A DNA stretch of 64,000 nt from Nannocystis bainbridge (GTDB taxonomy: Bacteria; Myxococcota_A; Polyangia; Nannocystales; Nannocystaceae): the NCBI RefSeq assembly GCF_028368995.1, contig NZ_JAQNDL010000001.1, positions 1,856,001-1,920,000 on the forward strand, written 5' to 3'. Numbering within the stretch: the stretch's first letter is position 1; every line of letters starts with the position of its first letter. The position numbers and the translations under genes were made by a program. This document shows, one piece after another, positions 27,576 to 40,556 of this stretch. The notes under the pieces are model-generated. The model searched no databases. It was given only the letters and a program-made list of their open reading frames with translations, and was not told the origin of the DNA.

Positions 27576-28309
27576 ATGTCCGAGCCGATCCTCGAGGCCG
27601 TCGATCTGGTCAAGACCTACACGATGGAGGACGTCGAGGTCCGGGCGCTGCGCGGCGTGTCGCTGGCGGTCCGGCCGGGCGAGTTCGTCGCCATCATGGG
27701 CACCTCCGGCTCCGGCAAGTCGACGATGATGAACATCCTCGGCTGCCTCGACCGCCCGACCTCCGGCAGCTACAAGCTGGCCGGCAAAGAGGTGTCGAAG
27801 CTCGGGCGCGGCGACCTGGCGACGGTCCGCAACAAGGTGCTCGGCTTCGTGTTCCAGAGCTTCAACCTGCTGGCCCGCACCAGCGCGCAGGAGAACGTCG
27901 AGCTGCCGATGGTCTACGCCGGCATCGGCGGGGCCGAGCGGCGCGAGCGGGCGACCTTCTCGCTCGAGAAGGTCGGCCTCGGCAAGCGGCTCGACCACAC
28001 GCCGGCGCAGCTGTCGGGCGGCCAGCAGCAGCGCGTCGCCATCGCCCGCGCGATCGTCAACCGGCCCAAGGTGATCCTCGCCGACGAGCCGACCGGCAAC
28101 CTCGACTCGCGCACCAGCCTCGAGATCATGGCGCTGTTCCAGGAGCTCGGCCGCTCGGGCATCACCATCGTGCTCGTCACCCACGAGCCCGACATCGCCG
28201 AGTTCACCAGCCGCGTGGTGATGATGCGCGACGGCAAGATCCTGTCGGACGTCGCGCAGGCGCCGGTCGACGCCCGCACGGCGCTGGCCAACTTCCAGGA
28301 GGGGGACGC

Positions 28310-28313
<4 letters not shown>
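27576..28313 (+). CDS. MacB/LolD-type ABC ATP-binding protein
   Basis: GTSGSGKS, LSGGQQQR and ILADEPTGNLD. Confidence 0.95.
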
Positions 28314-29536
<1,223 letters not shown>

Positions 29537-29539
<3 letters not shown>

Positions 29540-29571
29540 CATGTCCCCGGGGACATGTCCTCGGGGCCATC
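29537..29571. repeat. 14-bp-phased CATG array containing the 18-bp direct repeat copy 1 (29543-29560)
   Basis: CATG at 29540 and 29554; CATC at 29568. Confidence 0.8.
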
Positions 29572-29642
29572 GTGCGAAAACGTCCCCGCCCCGCCCGCGA
29601 GCTGCGGGCGCGCGCCGGGGCCGTCGGGTATAGTCGGGGCTG

Positions 29643-31319
29643 ATGCCCGTCGCCCCGCCGAACGACCTCGATCAGATGTTGCAGGTGCTCGCCGACGGCG
29701 GCGAGCAGGCCCGCGAGCACCTGCTCGACCACCTGCGCGTGCTGGTGTCGCAGGGCTCGCCGGCGGCGTTCTCGCTGCGCGCGGCGCTGATCAAGATCCT
29801 GTCCGCCGACACGGCCGGGCGCGTCGACGACGAGGAGCACCCGGGCTCGTGGACCCGCTCGTGGCAGATGTCGGCGCTGGTGGTGGTCGCTGGCGACGAC
29901 GCCGAGGCGCGCGCGCTGATGGACGCGGCCAGCGACCGCGCGCGCGAGCCCAACCGGTGGGTCCGCTACTGGACGATCGTCACCGCCAACGAGCGCAAGG
30001 AGCACCACGCGTGGACCCTGGCGCGCGCGCGCGCCCTGGCCGAGGACACCGGCGAGCGCCTGCAGCTGCGCTGCCTCGCCTGGGCGCTGCTGGCGGCCGA
30101 CCACGAGGACCGCGACGCGGTCGCGGCGCTGCTGTGGTGCATCGACGGCGCGCCGCAGCCGGTGCCGGCGGGCAACCGCTACCTGGTCGAAGGGCCAGTC
30201 GACCCGACGCACGCCCAGAGCGCCGCGCTGCGGGCGCTGCGGGCCACGCCGCTGGCGCAGGCGTTCGACCACGTGCAGGCGATCGTCGACGCCGCGCCGT
30301 TCGCCTCGTACACGTGGGACGCGGTGTCGGTGATGGCCCGCTTCGGCGGCACCTCGCGCGCGGCCGAGGCCTCGCACACGCTGGCGCGCTTCGTCGTCAC
30401 CAACCGGCGCCGGCGCGAGTACTACGACATGGTCGGCCTGGCGGTGCGGGCGATCGGCCGCCTCGGCATCGCCCAGACCGACCTGCTGATGGCCGAGCTC
30501 GACAGCGCCAGCCCCGGCGTCGCCTTCGAGGCCGCCGGCGCGCTCGAGCTGCTGCTCACCACCTCGCGCGCGGTCGAGCGGATCCTCGACGTCGCCACCG
30601 CCAGCAGCGACCGCGACGACAAGCTGGCGTCGGCGCTGCGCAGCATGCAGCGCGCGGCGGTGGTCGAGACGCTGGCGGCCGGGCTGCGCTGCGGCAACAT
30701 GACCCGCGAGACGGCCGCGCGCCGGCTGCTGATCGAGCTCGGCGGGTCGGTGGCGATCGACCGCCTGCAGATCCGCCACCAGGACCTCGAGAGCCGGCGC
30801 AAGGTGGTGGCCGACCTCGACGACCGCCAGCGCGAGCACATCCGCTGGATCGCGCTCGGCGACGGCGTCGCCACCTGGATCTCGGTCGGCATGTGGATCG
30901 TGGTGTTCCTGGTCGGCGTCACCGCGATCTCGGGCGGCCTGCTGCTGACGTTCCGCGAGGGCTACGACGCGTTCCAGGCGCTCGTGCTGGCCGGCGCCGG
31001 GACCGTGTTCACCCTGCTCGGCAAGGTCGGCTTCCAGGGCCGCCTGGTCGAGGTCGCGGGCGCCCGCGCGGCCGCCCGCCTGGCGGTGTTCAACGGCTAC
31101 CAGCGGCGCCTGCAGCAGGTCGACCTGGTGCTGGCGCAGCGCTTCATCGACGGCGTCCAGGTCAGCGCCGAGGACCTGCGCGAGCTGTCGTCGCTGGTCT
31201 CGACCGCGCAGACCGAGGCCCAGTCGTCGCTGCTGGCGCTGATCCCCAGCGACAAGGAGTCCGACGCGCTGCAGAAGCGGCTGGCCCAGGCCGTCCACTC
31301 GGCGGGCGGCGAGGCCTGA
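29643..31319 (+). CDS. HEAT/ARM-like helical protein with C-terminal 2-TM domain
   Basis: 558-aa Ala/Leu-rich helical ORF with two hydrophobic segments near the C-terminus; TATAGT 8 nt before the ATG. Confidence 0.8.
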   Translation: MPVAPPNDLDQMLQVLADGGEQAREHLLDHLRVLVSQGSPAAFSLRAALIKILSADTAGRVDDEEHPGSWTRSWQMSALVVVAGDDAEARALMDAASDRAREPNRWVRYWTIVTANERKEHHAWTLARARALAEDTGERLQLRCLAWALLAADHEDRDAVAALLWCIDGAPQPVPAGNRYLVEGPVDPTHAQSAALRALRATPLAQAFDHVQAIVDAAPFASYTWDAVSVMARFGGTSRAAEASHTLARFVVTNRRRREYYDMVGLAVRAIGRLGIAQTDLLMAELDSASPGVAFEAAGALELLLTTSRAVERILDVATASSDRDDKLASALRSMQRAAVVETLAAGLRCGNMTRETAARRLLIELGGSVAIDRLQIRHQDLESRRKVVADLDDRQREHIRWIALGDGVATWISVGMWIVVFLVGVTAISGGLLLTFREGYDAFQALVLAGAGTVFTLLGKVGFQGRLVEVAGARAAARLAVFNGYQRRLQQVDLVLAQRFIDGVQVSAEDLRELSSLVSTAQTEAQSSLLALIPSDKESDALQKRLAQAVHSAGGEA

Positions 31320-31320
31320 G

Positions 31321-31405
31321 GTCCCCGGGGACATGTCCATCACGCCATGTCGTCCAGGACATGCTCTCTTGAGCATGTCCTGGGGGACATGTCGTGATGG
31401 ACACC
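31321..31405. repeat. 14-bp-phased CATG array (5-6 units) containing the 18-bp direct repeat copy 2 (31321-31338)
   Basis: CATG at 31332, 31346, 31360, 31374, 31388. Confidence 0.9.
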
Positions 31406-31449
31406 TGCGAACAGGCGCCCATCCCCTGCGGAGAGCCGGGCCGGCGCGC

Positions 31450-31827
31450 TCAGTCGACCGCGACCACGCGCACGGGGATGCACTCCTCTTCTTCGTACTC
31501 GACCTCGACGGCGATGCAGGTCTCGCCGACCGACACGCCGACGAGCACGAAGTTGTGGGCCCCGGGCGTCGCCTCGGCCAGCAGGACGTCGCGGTCCTGG
31601 CTGACCAGCGCGAGCGCGTCCTTGTTGGTGAACTCGATGCGGGCGCTGCTCTCGATCGTCACGTGGACCGCGACGGCGATGCCGACCGGGACCTCGAGCT
31701 CGTCGCCGGTCAGGCGCACCGGCACAGGCGGCTGGCTGCGCACCTCGAAGGTCACCGTCTGGTAGCGCGGGCCGCAGGCGGCGAGCAGCCCGGCGGCGGC
31801 GAGGGTCATGAAGGCGGAGCGGATCAC
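31450..31827 (-). CDS. Small Ig-like lipoprotein
   Basis: LLAAC lipobox; GTGA overlap with the upstream stop. Confidence 0.75.
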   Translation of the reverse strand: MIRSAFMTLAAAGLLAACGPRYQTVTFEVRSQPPVPVRLTGDELEVPVGIAVAVHVTIESSARIEFTNKDALALVSQDRDVLLAEATPGAHNFVLVGVSVGETCIAVEVEYEEEECIPVRVVAVD

Positions 31828-32684
31828 AGCGCACCTCCCGTCGTGTCGGAGGTCGAGTCCCCGGTGCTGGCGTCGGTCGTGCCGTCGCTCGTCGCGTCGG
31901 TCGTGCTCGCGTCGGTCGTGCTCGCGTCGGTCGTGCTTTCGTCGGTCGTGCTGTCGCTCGTCGCGTCGGTCGTGGTCAGCGGTGGTTCGCCCGACTCGAC
32001 GGTGAGCGCCAGCTCGGCCACCAGGTCGCCGAGGCTCGCCTTGACGGTCGTGCTGCCGGCCGCGACGGCGCGCACGATCACGTGGCCGTCGCCGGTGCCG
32101 ACCACCTCGACCACCCCGTCGTCGGCCACCTCGAAGGTGAACGCGAGCAGGCCGGCGAGCACGTAGCGGTCGGTGTCGCGGGCGATCGCCACCAGCTCCA
32201 GCTCGCTCCCGGCCGCCAGCGTGTACGCGTCGTAGTCGACGCGCTGGTGCTGGATCGCCAGCGTCGCCGGCCTCGTCGCGAACACGTGGATCAGGTCGCC
32301 GATGGCGCTGTCCGGCAGCAGCGCCAGGACGGCGGTGTGGCCGGCGGCCACGGCCGTGAAGATCCCCGCCTTCAGGCTCAGGCGCTCGGCGGCGCCGGTG
32401 CGGAGTTCGGGCGGCGGCCGCGAGAGATCTTCGTTCCAAGTGTAGTCGAGGGCGAAGCGGGCGCCCACGGCCACGCGGACCGGGAAGTCGCCGACCGACT
32501 CGCCGGTCGGACAGGCCGGATCGTCCGCGCCGATGCAGCGGAAATGGAACTCGCCGTTGCCGAGCTCGCCAGGGCCGGGCTGGGGGTCGTAGGGGGCATC
32601 GCTGCAGTCGTCGAGGCATCCACCGAGGGCGAGGAGCCCCGCCAGGAGCAGCGGGCGGGAGAAGGCACATGGTCTTGAGGACAT
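31824..32684 (-). CDS. Lipoprotein with Ig-like (Big_2) domain and TTD(A/E)S-repeat tail
   Basis: LALGGC lipobox; AVAAGSTTVKAS; 15-bp repeats at about 31870-31975. Confidence 0.75.
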   Translation of the reverse strand: MSSRPCAFSRPLLLAGLLALGGCLDDCSDAPYDPQPGPGELGNGEFHFRCIGADDPACPTGESVGDFPVRVAVGARFALDYTWNEDLSRPPPELRTGAAERLSLKAGIFTAVAAGHTAVLALLPDSAIGDLIHVFATRPATLAIQHQRVDYDAYTLAAGSELELVAIARDTDRYVLAGLLAFTFEVADDGVVEVVGTGDGHVIVRAVAAGSTTVKASLGDLVAELALTVESGEPPLTTTDATSDSTTDESTTDASTTDASTTDATSDGTTDASTGDSTSDTTGGAL

Positions 32685-32835
32685 AAACTTAAGAACAGGT
32701 CGTAAGGGCCAGATCGAGACGCAGACCGCGTCCGTCCTCGATCTTGACCGGACGGCGAGGCAGCCGCAAGGGAGACCGGGCGACCCCGACGCAGTCTTCA
32801 GGCGCGCATCGAGCGCGGGGCCGCTCGCCTGCCGC

Positions 32836-32868
32836 GTCACACAGTTGTCACCAAGGTGTCACGTTCTC
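32836..32868 (+). promoter_or_regulatory. Pho-box-like 11-bp direct repeats
   Basis: GTCAC at 32836, 32847 and 32858, upstream of a phosphate transporter. Confidence 0.7.
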
Positions 32869-32967
32869 GCCGGTTTTTGCCGCCGTCCCGTGACTGACAG
32901 ACCGCTCGACCCCGCGTAGATTTCGGGCGTAGGCGGCCTCCTGGCGGCCTCGACCGAGGAGAACCTC

Positions 32968-34383
32968 ATGGAGGCGATGTTCCACGGACTGACGACGACG
33001 ACCGGATTTTTGCTCGTCGTCTCGCTCCTCATCGCGTTCGGGTTCGAATTCGTCAACGGCTTCCACGACACGGCCAACGCGGTGGCGACGGTGATCTACA
33101 CCCGGTCGCTGCGGCCGTGGACGGCGGTCATCCTGTCGGGCATCTGCAACTTCCTCGGCGTGTTCGTCGGCGGGCTCGCGGTCGCGCTCAGCATCATCCA
33201 CCTGCTGCCGATCGAGCTGCTGGTGTCGAGCGGCGTCGGCCTCGGGCTGGCGATGATCCTGTCGCTGCTGCTGGCGGCGACGCTGTGGAACCTCGGCACC
33301 TGGTACCTCGGCCTGCCGTCCTCGAGCTCGCACACGATGATCGGCGCGATCCTCGGGGTCGGCATCGCCAACTCGATGCTGCCGGGCCACGAGTTCGGCG
33401 CCGGCGTCAACTGGGCCAAGGTCTGGGACGTCGGCCTGGCGCTGCTGTTGTCGCCGCTGATCGGCTTCACCCTGGCGGCGCTGCTGCTGCTGCTGTCGAA
33501 GCGGCTGATCCGCGACCCGCAGCTGTACCGCGCGCCGCTCGGCTCGCGCCCGCCGCCGCCGTGGATCCGCGGCGTCCTCATCTTCACCTGCACCGGGGTC
33601 AGCTTCGCCCACGGCTCCAACGACGGCCAGAAAGGCGTCGGCCTGGTGATGCTGATCCTGATGGGCGTGGTCCCGGCCGGGTTCGCCATCAACCTGGCGC
33701 TGAGCGAGGCGCAGATGCGCCAGGCCGAGGCGGCGGTGGTGACGATCCACGACGCGCTCGGGACCGCGGCGACGTCGGCCCCCGACGTGCGCAAGCAGCT
33801 CGACGAGGTCGAGGACGAGCTGCAGTCGCTGAAGGCCACCCTCGGCTCCGCGACCCACCCCGAGCAGGTCCCGGCCGATCAGCGCTTCGCGGTCCGCCGC
33901 GACGTGCTGCTGATCGACTCGACGCTGAAGAAGCTCGACCAGTCGGGCGCGCTGGTGGTGCCGAAGGACGAGTCCAGGCGGATCAAAGAGGCGCGCGCCG
34001 ACCTGCGCGAGCTGACCGACTACGCGCCCAACTGGGTCCTGTTCTGCGTCGCGCTGTCGCTCGGCGTCGGCACCATGGTCGGCTGGAAGCGCATCGTCGT
34101 GACCGTCGGCGAGAAGATCGGCAAAGAGCACCTGACCTACGCCCAGGGCGCCTCGGCCGAGCTGGTGGCGATGAGCACGATCGGGATCTCCGCCGGCCTC
34201 GGTCTGCCGGTCAGCACCACGCACGTGCTGTCCTCGGGGGTCGCAGGCACCATGGTCGCCCAGCGCGCCGGGCTACAGGCCGCCACGGTGGTGAAGATCG
34301 CCTCGGCGTGGGTGCTGACGCTGCCGGCCTCGATGCTGCTGGCCGGCGTGCTGTTCCTGGTGTTCCGCGCGATGCTCTGTTAG
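32968..34383 (+). CDS. pitA: Inorganic phosphate transporter (PiT family)
   Basis: GFHDTANAVAT, HGSNDGQKG and PVSTTHV. Confidence 0.92.
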   Translation: MEAMFHGLTTTTGFLLVVSLLIAFGFEFVNGFHDTANAVATVIYTRSLRPWTAVILSGICNFLGVFVGGLAVALSIIHLLPIELLVSSGVGLGLAMILSLLLAATLWNLGTWYLGLPSSSSHTMIGAILGVGIANSMLPGHEFGAGVNWAKVWDVGLALLLSPLIGFTLAALLLLLSKRLIRDPQLYRAPLGSRPPPPWIRGVLIFTCTGVSFAHGSNDGQKGVGLVMLILMGVVPAGFAINLALSEAQMRQAEAAVVTIHDALGTAATSAPDVRKQLDEVEDELQSLKATLGSATHPEQVPADQRFAVRRDVLLIDSTLKKLDQSGALVVPKDESRRIKEARADLRELTDYAPNWVLFCVALSLGVGTMVGWKRIVVTVGEKIGKEHLTYAQGASAELVAMSTIGISAGLGLPVSTTHVLSSGVAGTMVAQRAGLQAATVVKIASAWVLTLPASMLLAGVLFLVFRAMLC

Positions 34384-34437
34384 CGCGGCGTCGCGCCCGG
34401 GCGAGCGGCTATAGTGCGCGCCGGAGGTCCGCTCTCG

Positions 34438-34722
34438 ATGCCCAGCAGCAGGTCCTGGTTCCTCGTGCCCGTGCTGGCGATCGCGGCGATCGCCTGTGAC
34501 AAGTCGACGAAGTCGCCCGACGCCAACATCGGCGGCACGTACTCCGTCACCCGCGAGACGCCCTTCTTCGACAGCGGCTGCGGCCAGGACCGCCTCGGCG
34601 ACGGCAAGCTGCGCGCCAAGACCCGCTTCACGCTGGTGGCCGCGCGCGCCGACTGCTGGACGATCAAGCTCGGCGACGAGGACGAGACCTACATCGTGCC
34701 GACGCACGTGCGCGCCGAGTGA
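34438..34722 (+). CDS. Small lipoprotein (possibly SH3-like)
   Basis: AAIAC lipobox; upstream TATAGT and GGAGG. Confidence 0.7.
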   Translation: MPSSRSWFLVPVLAIAAIACDKSTKSPDANIGGTYSVTRETPFFDSGCGQDRLGDGKLRAKTRFTLVAARADCWTIKLGDEDETYIVPTHVRAE

Positions 34723-34835
34723 CGCGGCGTGACGCGCCGAGTGACGCACCGGCGGCGTGACGCTCGGGCGCGCCGCGTGACGCGCCGAGTGGCAAGCGTC
34801 GTGACATGCGGCGCGAAGCGGCGAGTGACGCGCTC
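34719..34835 (+). repeat. Cluster of GTGAC(GC) motifs
   Basis: Copies at 34719, 34729, 34741, 34757, 34777, 34801, 34825. Confidence 0.7.
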
Positions 34836-35286
34836 GCGTCATGCGGGCGCGCCTCGCGGGCGTGCACGCGCGGCGTGATGCTGGCCCGCCCGCGCGGCGC
34901 GTGCCGCGAGCTCGAGCCACATCGAAACGCGACGTGACCCGCTCGCGCTTGCGACGAGCATGCGCCGGGTGACGCGCCGGGCCGTGCGCCCCCCAGAGCC
35001 CCGCGAGGCGGCGTGACGGCAATCGCACGGCGGCGACCGGTGCAGCCTGCCCTTCGAGACCCGTGGCGCAGGGCTCGCAGCACGACCGGCGGCCGAGCAC
35101 GACGCGCCTCGTTCGCCTGGTCGGCGAGCGAGCGGCTGCTCGCCCGCTTCCGCGGCTCGCTCCGCCATGCGGACGCGGCGTGGCCCGCGGCACAGCGGCG
35201 AGGCGCCCGCGGTAGCCGGCCGCGGACTTCGTTTCAGACTGTTCGCCGGGACGTCGCGGCTGCCGCGGCTCCAGGGGGCGAGCGAG

Positions 35287-35757
35287 ATGGTGCGACGCAT
35301 GTGCTTGGCCGCGGCCATGTCCGCTCTCCTGGCCGTCGGGACAGGTTGCGATCTGGTCGCACCGCCGCCTCCGCCGCCCCCGTGCGGCGCGCCGGGCGAT
35401 CTGCCGTGCCCGTTCGGGACGCTGTGCGAGGACGACCCCGACGACGCCTGCGATCCGCTGCGCGGGCCCTGCCCCGGCCGCTGCGAGGCGGTCCCGTGCG
35501 GCGAGGCGCTCGGACTCACCTGCTCCGAAGGACAGGTCTGCATCGACGACCCCGACGACGACTGCGAGGCCTTCGTCGGCGGGCCGAGCTGCGCCGGCGT
35601 GTGCGCCGAGGTGCCGCAGCCGATCCTGTGCGCCGAGCCGGGCCGCACGTTCGTGTCGCACAGCCAGGACCTGTGCCAGCAGATCCTCTTCATCTGCGAG
35701 GTCGGGTGGGTCCCGTTCTACAACAGCTGCGGCTGCGGCTGTCAGTTCCTCGGCTGA
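35287..35757 (+). CDS. Cys-rich lipoprotein with two CxDDPDDxC repeats
   Basis: VGTGC lipobox; CEDDPDDAC and CIDDPDDDC. Confidence 0.8.
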   Translation: MVRRMCLAAAMSALLAVGTGCDLVAPPPPPPPCGAPGDLPCPFGTLCEDDPDDACDPLRGPCPGRCEAVPCGEALGLTCSEGQVCIDDPDDDCEAFVGGPSCAGVCAEVPQPILCAEPGRTFVSHSQDLCQQILFICEVGWVPFYNSCGCGCQFLG

Positions 35758-35939
35758 GCGGAGGGCCAGTGATTCGGGCTCGCCCGCGGTCTCGCCACGC
35801 AGGTCACGCGCCCGCCGGGCGCGTCTCGGGCTAACCCGTCCAGCGAGCGACAGCCGGTGCGACGGGCCCGTGCGAGCCCGAATCACTGGCCCCCCGCTCC
35901 CCGCTCGCGGCCGCCTATCTCGCCGCTCGTCACCCGCGC

Positions 35940-36256
35940 GACAGTCACTCCCGGCTCGCTCGCCACCACCGGTCCGTCGCTCGGCTCGCGGCTCGCTCGC
36001 CGCGCATCACTCCCAGCCCCCCGCTCCCCCGCTCGCGGCCACCGCGGAGCTGCTGCTCGTCATCCGCGACCCGTCGCTCCGGCTCGCCCGCCGCGCCTCA
36101 CTCCTGGCCCCCCGTTCGCCCGCTCGCGGCCGCGGCTCGTCATCCGCGGCCCGTCGCTCCGGCTCGCTCGCCCGCGCCTCACTCCCGGCCACCGCTCGCG
36201 GCCACCGCTCCGTCGCAAGTGGATCGGCGCTCGCGGCTCGCCCGCGCCTCACTCCC
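35940..36256 (+). repeat. Degenerate 70-91-bp tandem repeats ending in CCGCGCCTCACTCC
   Basis: Motif at 36000, 36091, 36172 and 36242; the last copy overlaps the sigma-factor stop. Confidence 0.75.
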
Positions 36257-37112
36257 GCGCGCGGAACAGGCCGCTCATCGACAGCTCGAGCTGGCTGCGC
36301 ACCAGGCCGAGGATGCTGTCGACCTCGGCGCGTTCGACCTTGAGCTGGCGCTCGAGCAGCGCCTGCGTCCCGCGCAGCAGCGCCTCGCGGCCGCGCGTCA
36401 CCCAGCGGGCCGCGGTCGCGCGGTGGATGCCGTAGACCGCGGCGATCCGGTCGATGCTCAGGCGGTCGAGGAAATACAGGCGCAGCACGTTGCGCTCGTC
36501 GGTCTCGAGGCCGGCGAGCGCGTCGCGCAGCGCCTGCTCGACCTCGCGGCGGTACTGCGACTTGAGGAACGACAGCTCGGGGTCGGGCGACGCGGGGTGG
36601 TGGGCCTCGACCAGCTCGGCCGCGGGCACCAGGCGATCGGTGCGCGCCTGCTCGCGGAAGTTGAGGGCCATGCGCACGGCGGCGACCCGCAGCCAGCCGC
36701 CGAGCGGACCGCGGCCGGCGTAGTCGCCGATCTTGGCCGGTGCGTCCGGGCGACCGACGAGCAGCTTCTCCCACAGCGCCTGGCGCAGGTCGTCGCGGTG
36801 CGCCGGCGGGACGTTGCGGCTCCGCAGCACGGCCTCGAGCTCGCCGCCGTGGCGGGCCTGGATCGCCGCCGACGCGCCCGCGAGGCGCCGGTGGCAGGCG
36901 CACGCGAGGTAAAAATCGGCCGCGTGAAGGGCCGCCAGCTCGCACGCGCCGGCGTGGCGGTCGAGGTGGGCCACGAAGTCCGCGCGCGCGAGGTCGAGGC
37001 CCGGCCAGGCGGCGCGGCCCTCGGCGTACAGGCGGGACCGCAGCGCCTCGGCGGCGGGATCGGGCTCCGTGGCGCGCACGGGCGCGTGCTCAAGGATGGT
37101 CTCGTCGCGCAT
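36249..37112 (-). CDS. Myxobacterial-type ECF sigma-70 factor
   Basis: HAADFYLACAC, YAGRGPLGGWLR and the region-4 HTH LSIDRIAAVYGIHRATAARW. Confidence 0.88.
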   Translation of the reverse strand: MRDETILEHAPVRATEPDPAAEALRSRLYAEGRAAWPGLDLARADFVAHLDRHAGACELAALHAADFYLACACHRRLAGASAAIQARHGGELEAVLRSRNVPPAHRDDLRQALWEKLLVGRPDAPAKIGDYAGRGPLGGWLRVAAVRMALNFREQARTDRLVPAAELVEAHHPASPDPELSFLKSQYRREVEQALRDALAGLETDERNVLRLYFLDRLSIDRIAAVYGIHRATAARWVTRGREALLRGTQALLERQLKVERAEVDSILGLVRSQLELSMSGLFRARE

Positions 37113-37318
37113 CGCCGCGGCGCGACGATACTGCCGGCCCCCGGGACCGTAAAGCCGCGCGCGCACGAGCTCGCTGCTTCTCGTGGCATCGGCGCGCTGC
37201 GAGCCGCGTGCTCGTGCGCGAAGCTCGTCGGAGCGTCGGCGCGCTGCGAGCCGCGTGCACCTGCGCCGCGCTCGTCGGAGCCTCGACGCAATTCGCTCCG
37301 CGGCCTGCGCGACCCGCC

Positions 37319-40081
<2,763 letters not shown>

Positions 40082-40240
40082 GCCGTCGCCCCCGCGCGCA
40101 CCACGACGAGACCCGCCGCTCGCCGGCCCCCCGCGCTCGCCCTGCCCTCGCCGTCCGTCATCGCCGCGCCGCCACGATAACAAGGAAGCGAGCCGACCGC
40201 GGCGCGCGAGCGCGGCCGAAGCTCGCGTGGATCTGCGCCT

Positions 40241-40262
40241 CGACATGTCTCAAAAGACATAT
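40241..40262. repeat. 14-bp-phased unit (TGTCTCAAAAGACA)
   Basis: CATG at 40244 and CATA at 40258. Confidence 0.65.
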
Positions 40263-40556
40263 CACTCGGGCCCGACCCGATTCACATCACGGCGATCGCC
40301 CGCTGCCGCGGCCGCTGTCGAACTTCGCATTGCCCGGCCCTCGAGCGCCGCACTCGAGCTCGATCGTCCCGCGTGCGAGCCCCGCGGCCGCGGTGCGGTC
40401 GCGCGCCCACGATTTTCGTCTCATCGCCCTGCGACATCGCGACGGCCGCCCTGTCATCCCCGCGAGGGGCCAGCGGGCTCGGCCGGTGCGCGCGCTTGCG
40501 AATCGTCGCCGCGCCCGCCGCCGTCGCTCGCGTCCTCGCGCACAGGTGCCACTGTC

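Noticed and set aside
31321-31405. GGACATGTCC equals the eukaryotic p53 half-site RRRCWWGYYY
   Set aside because: Bacterial context, 4-bp spacers and arm covariation centred on the spacer; treated as coincidence.
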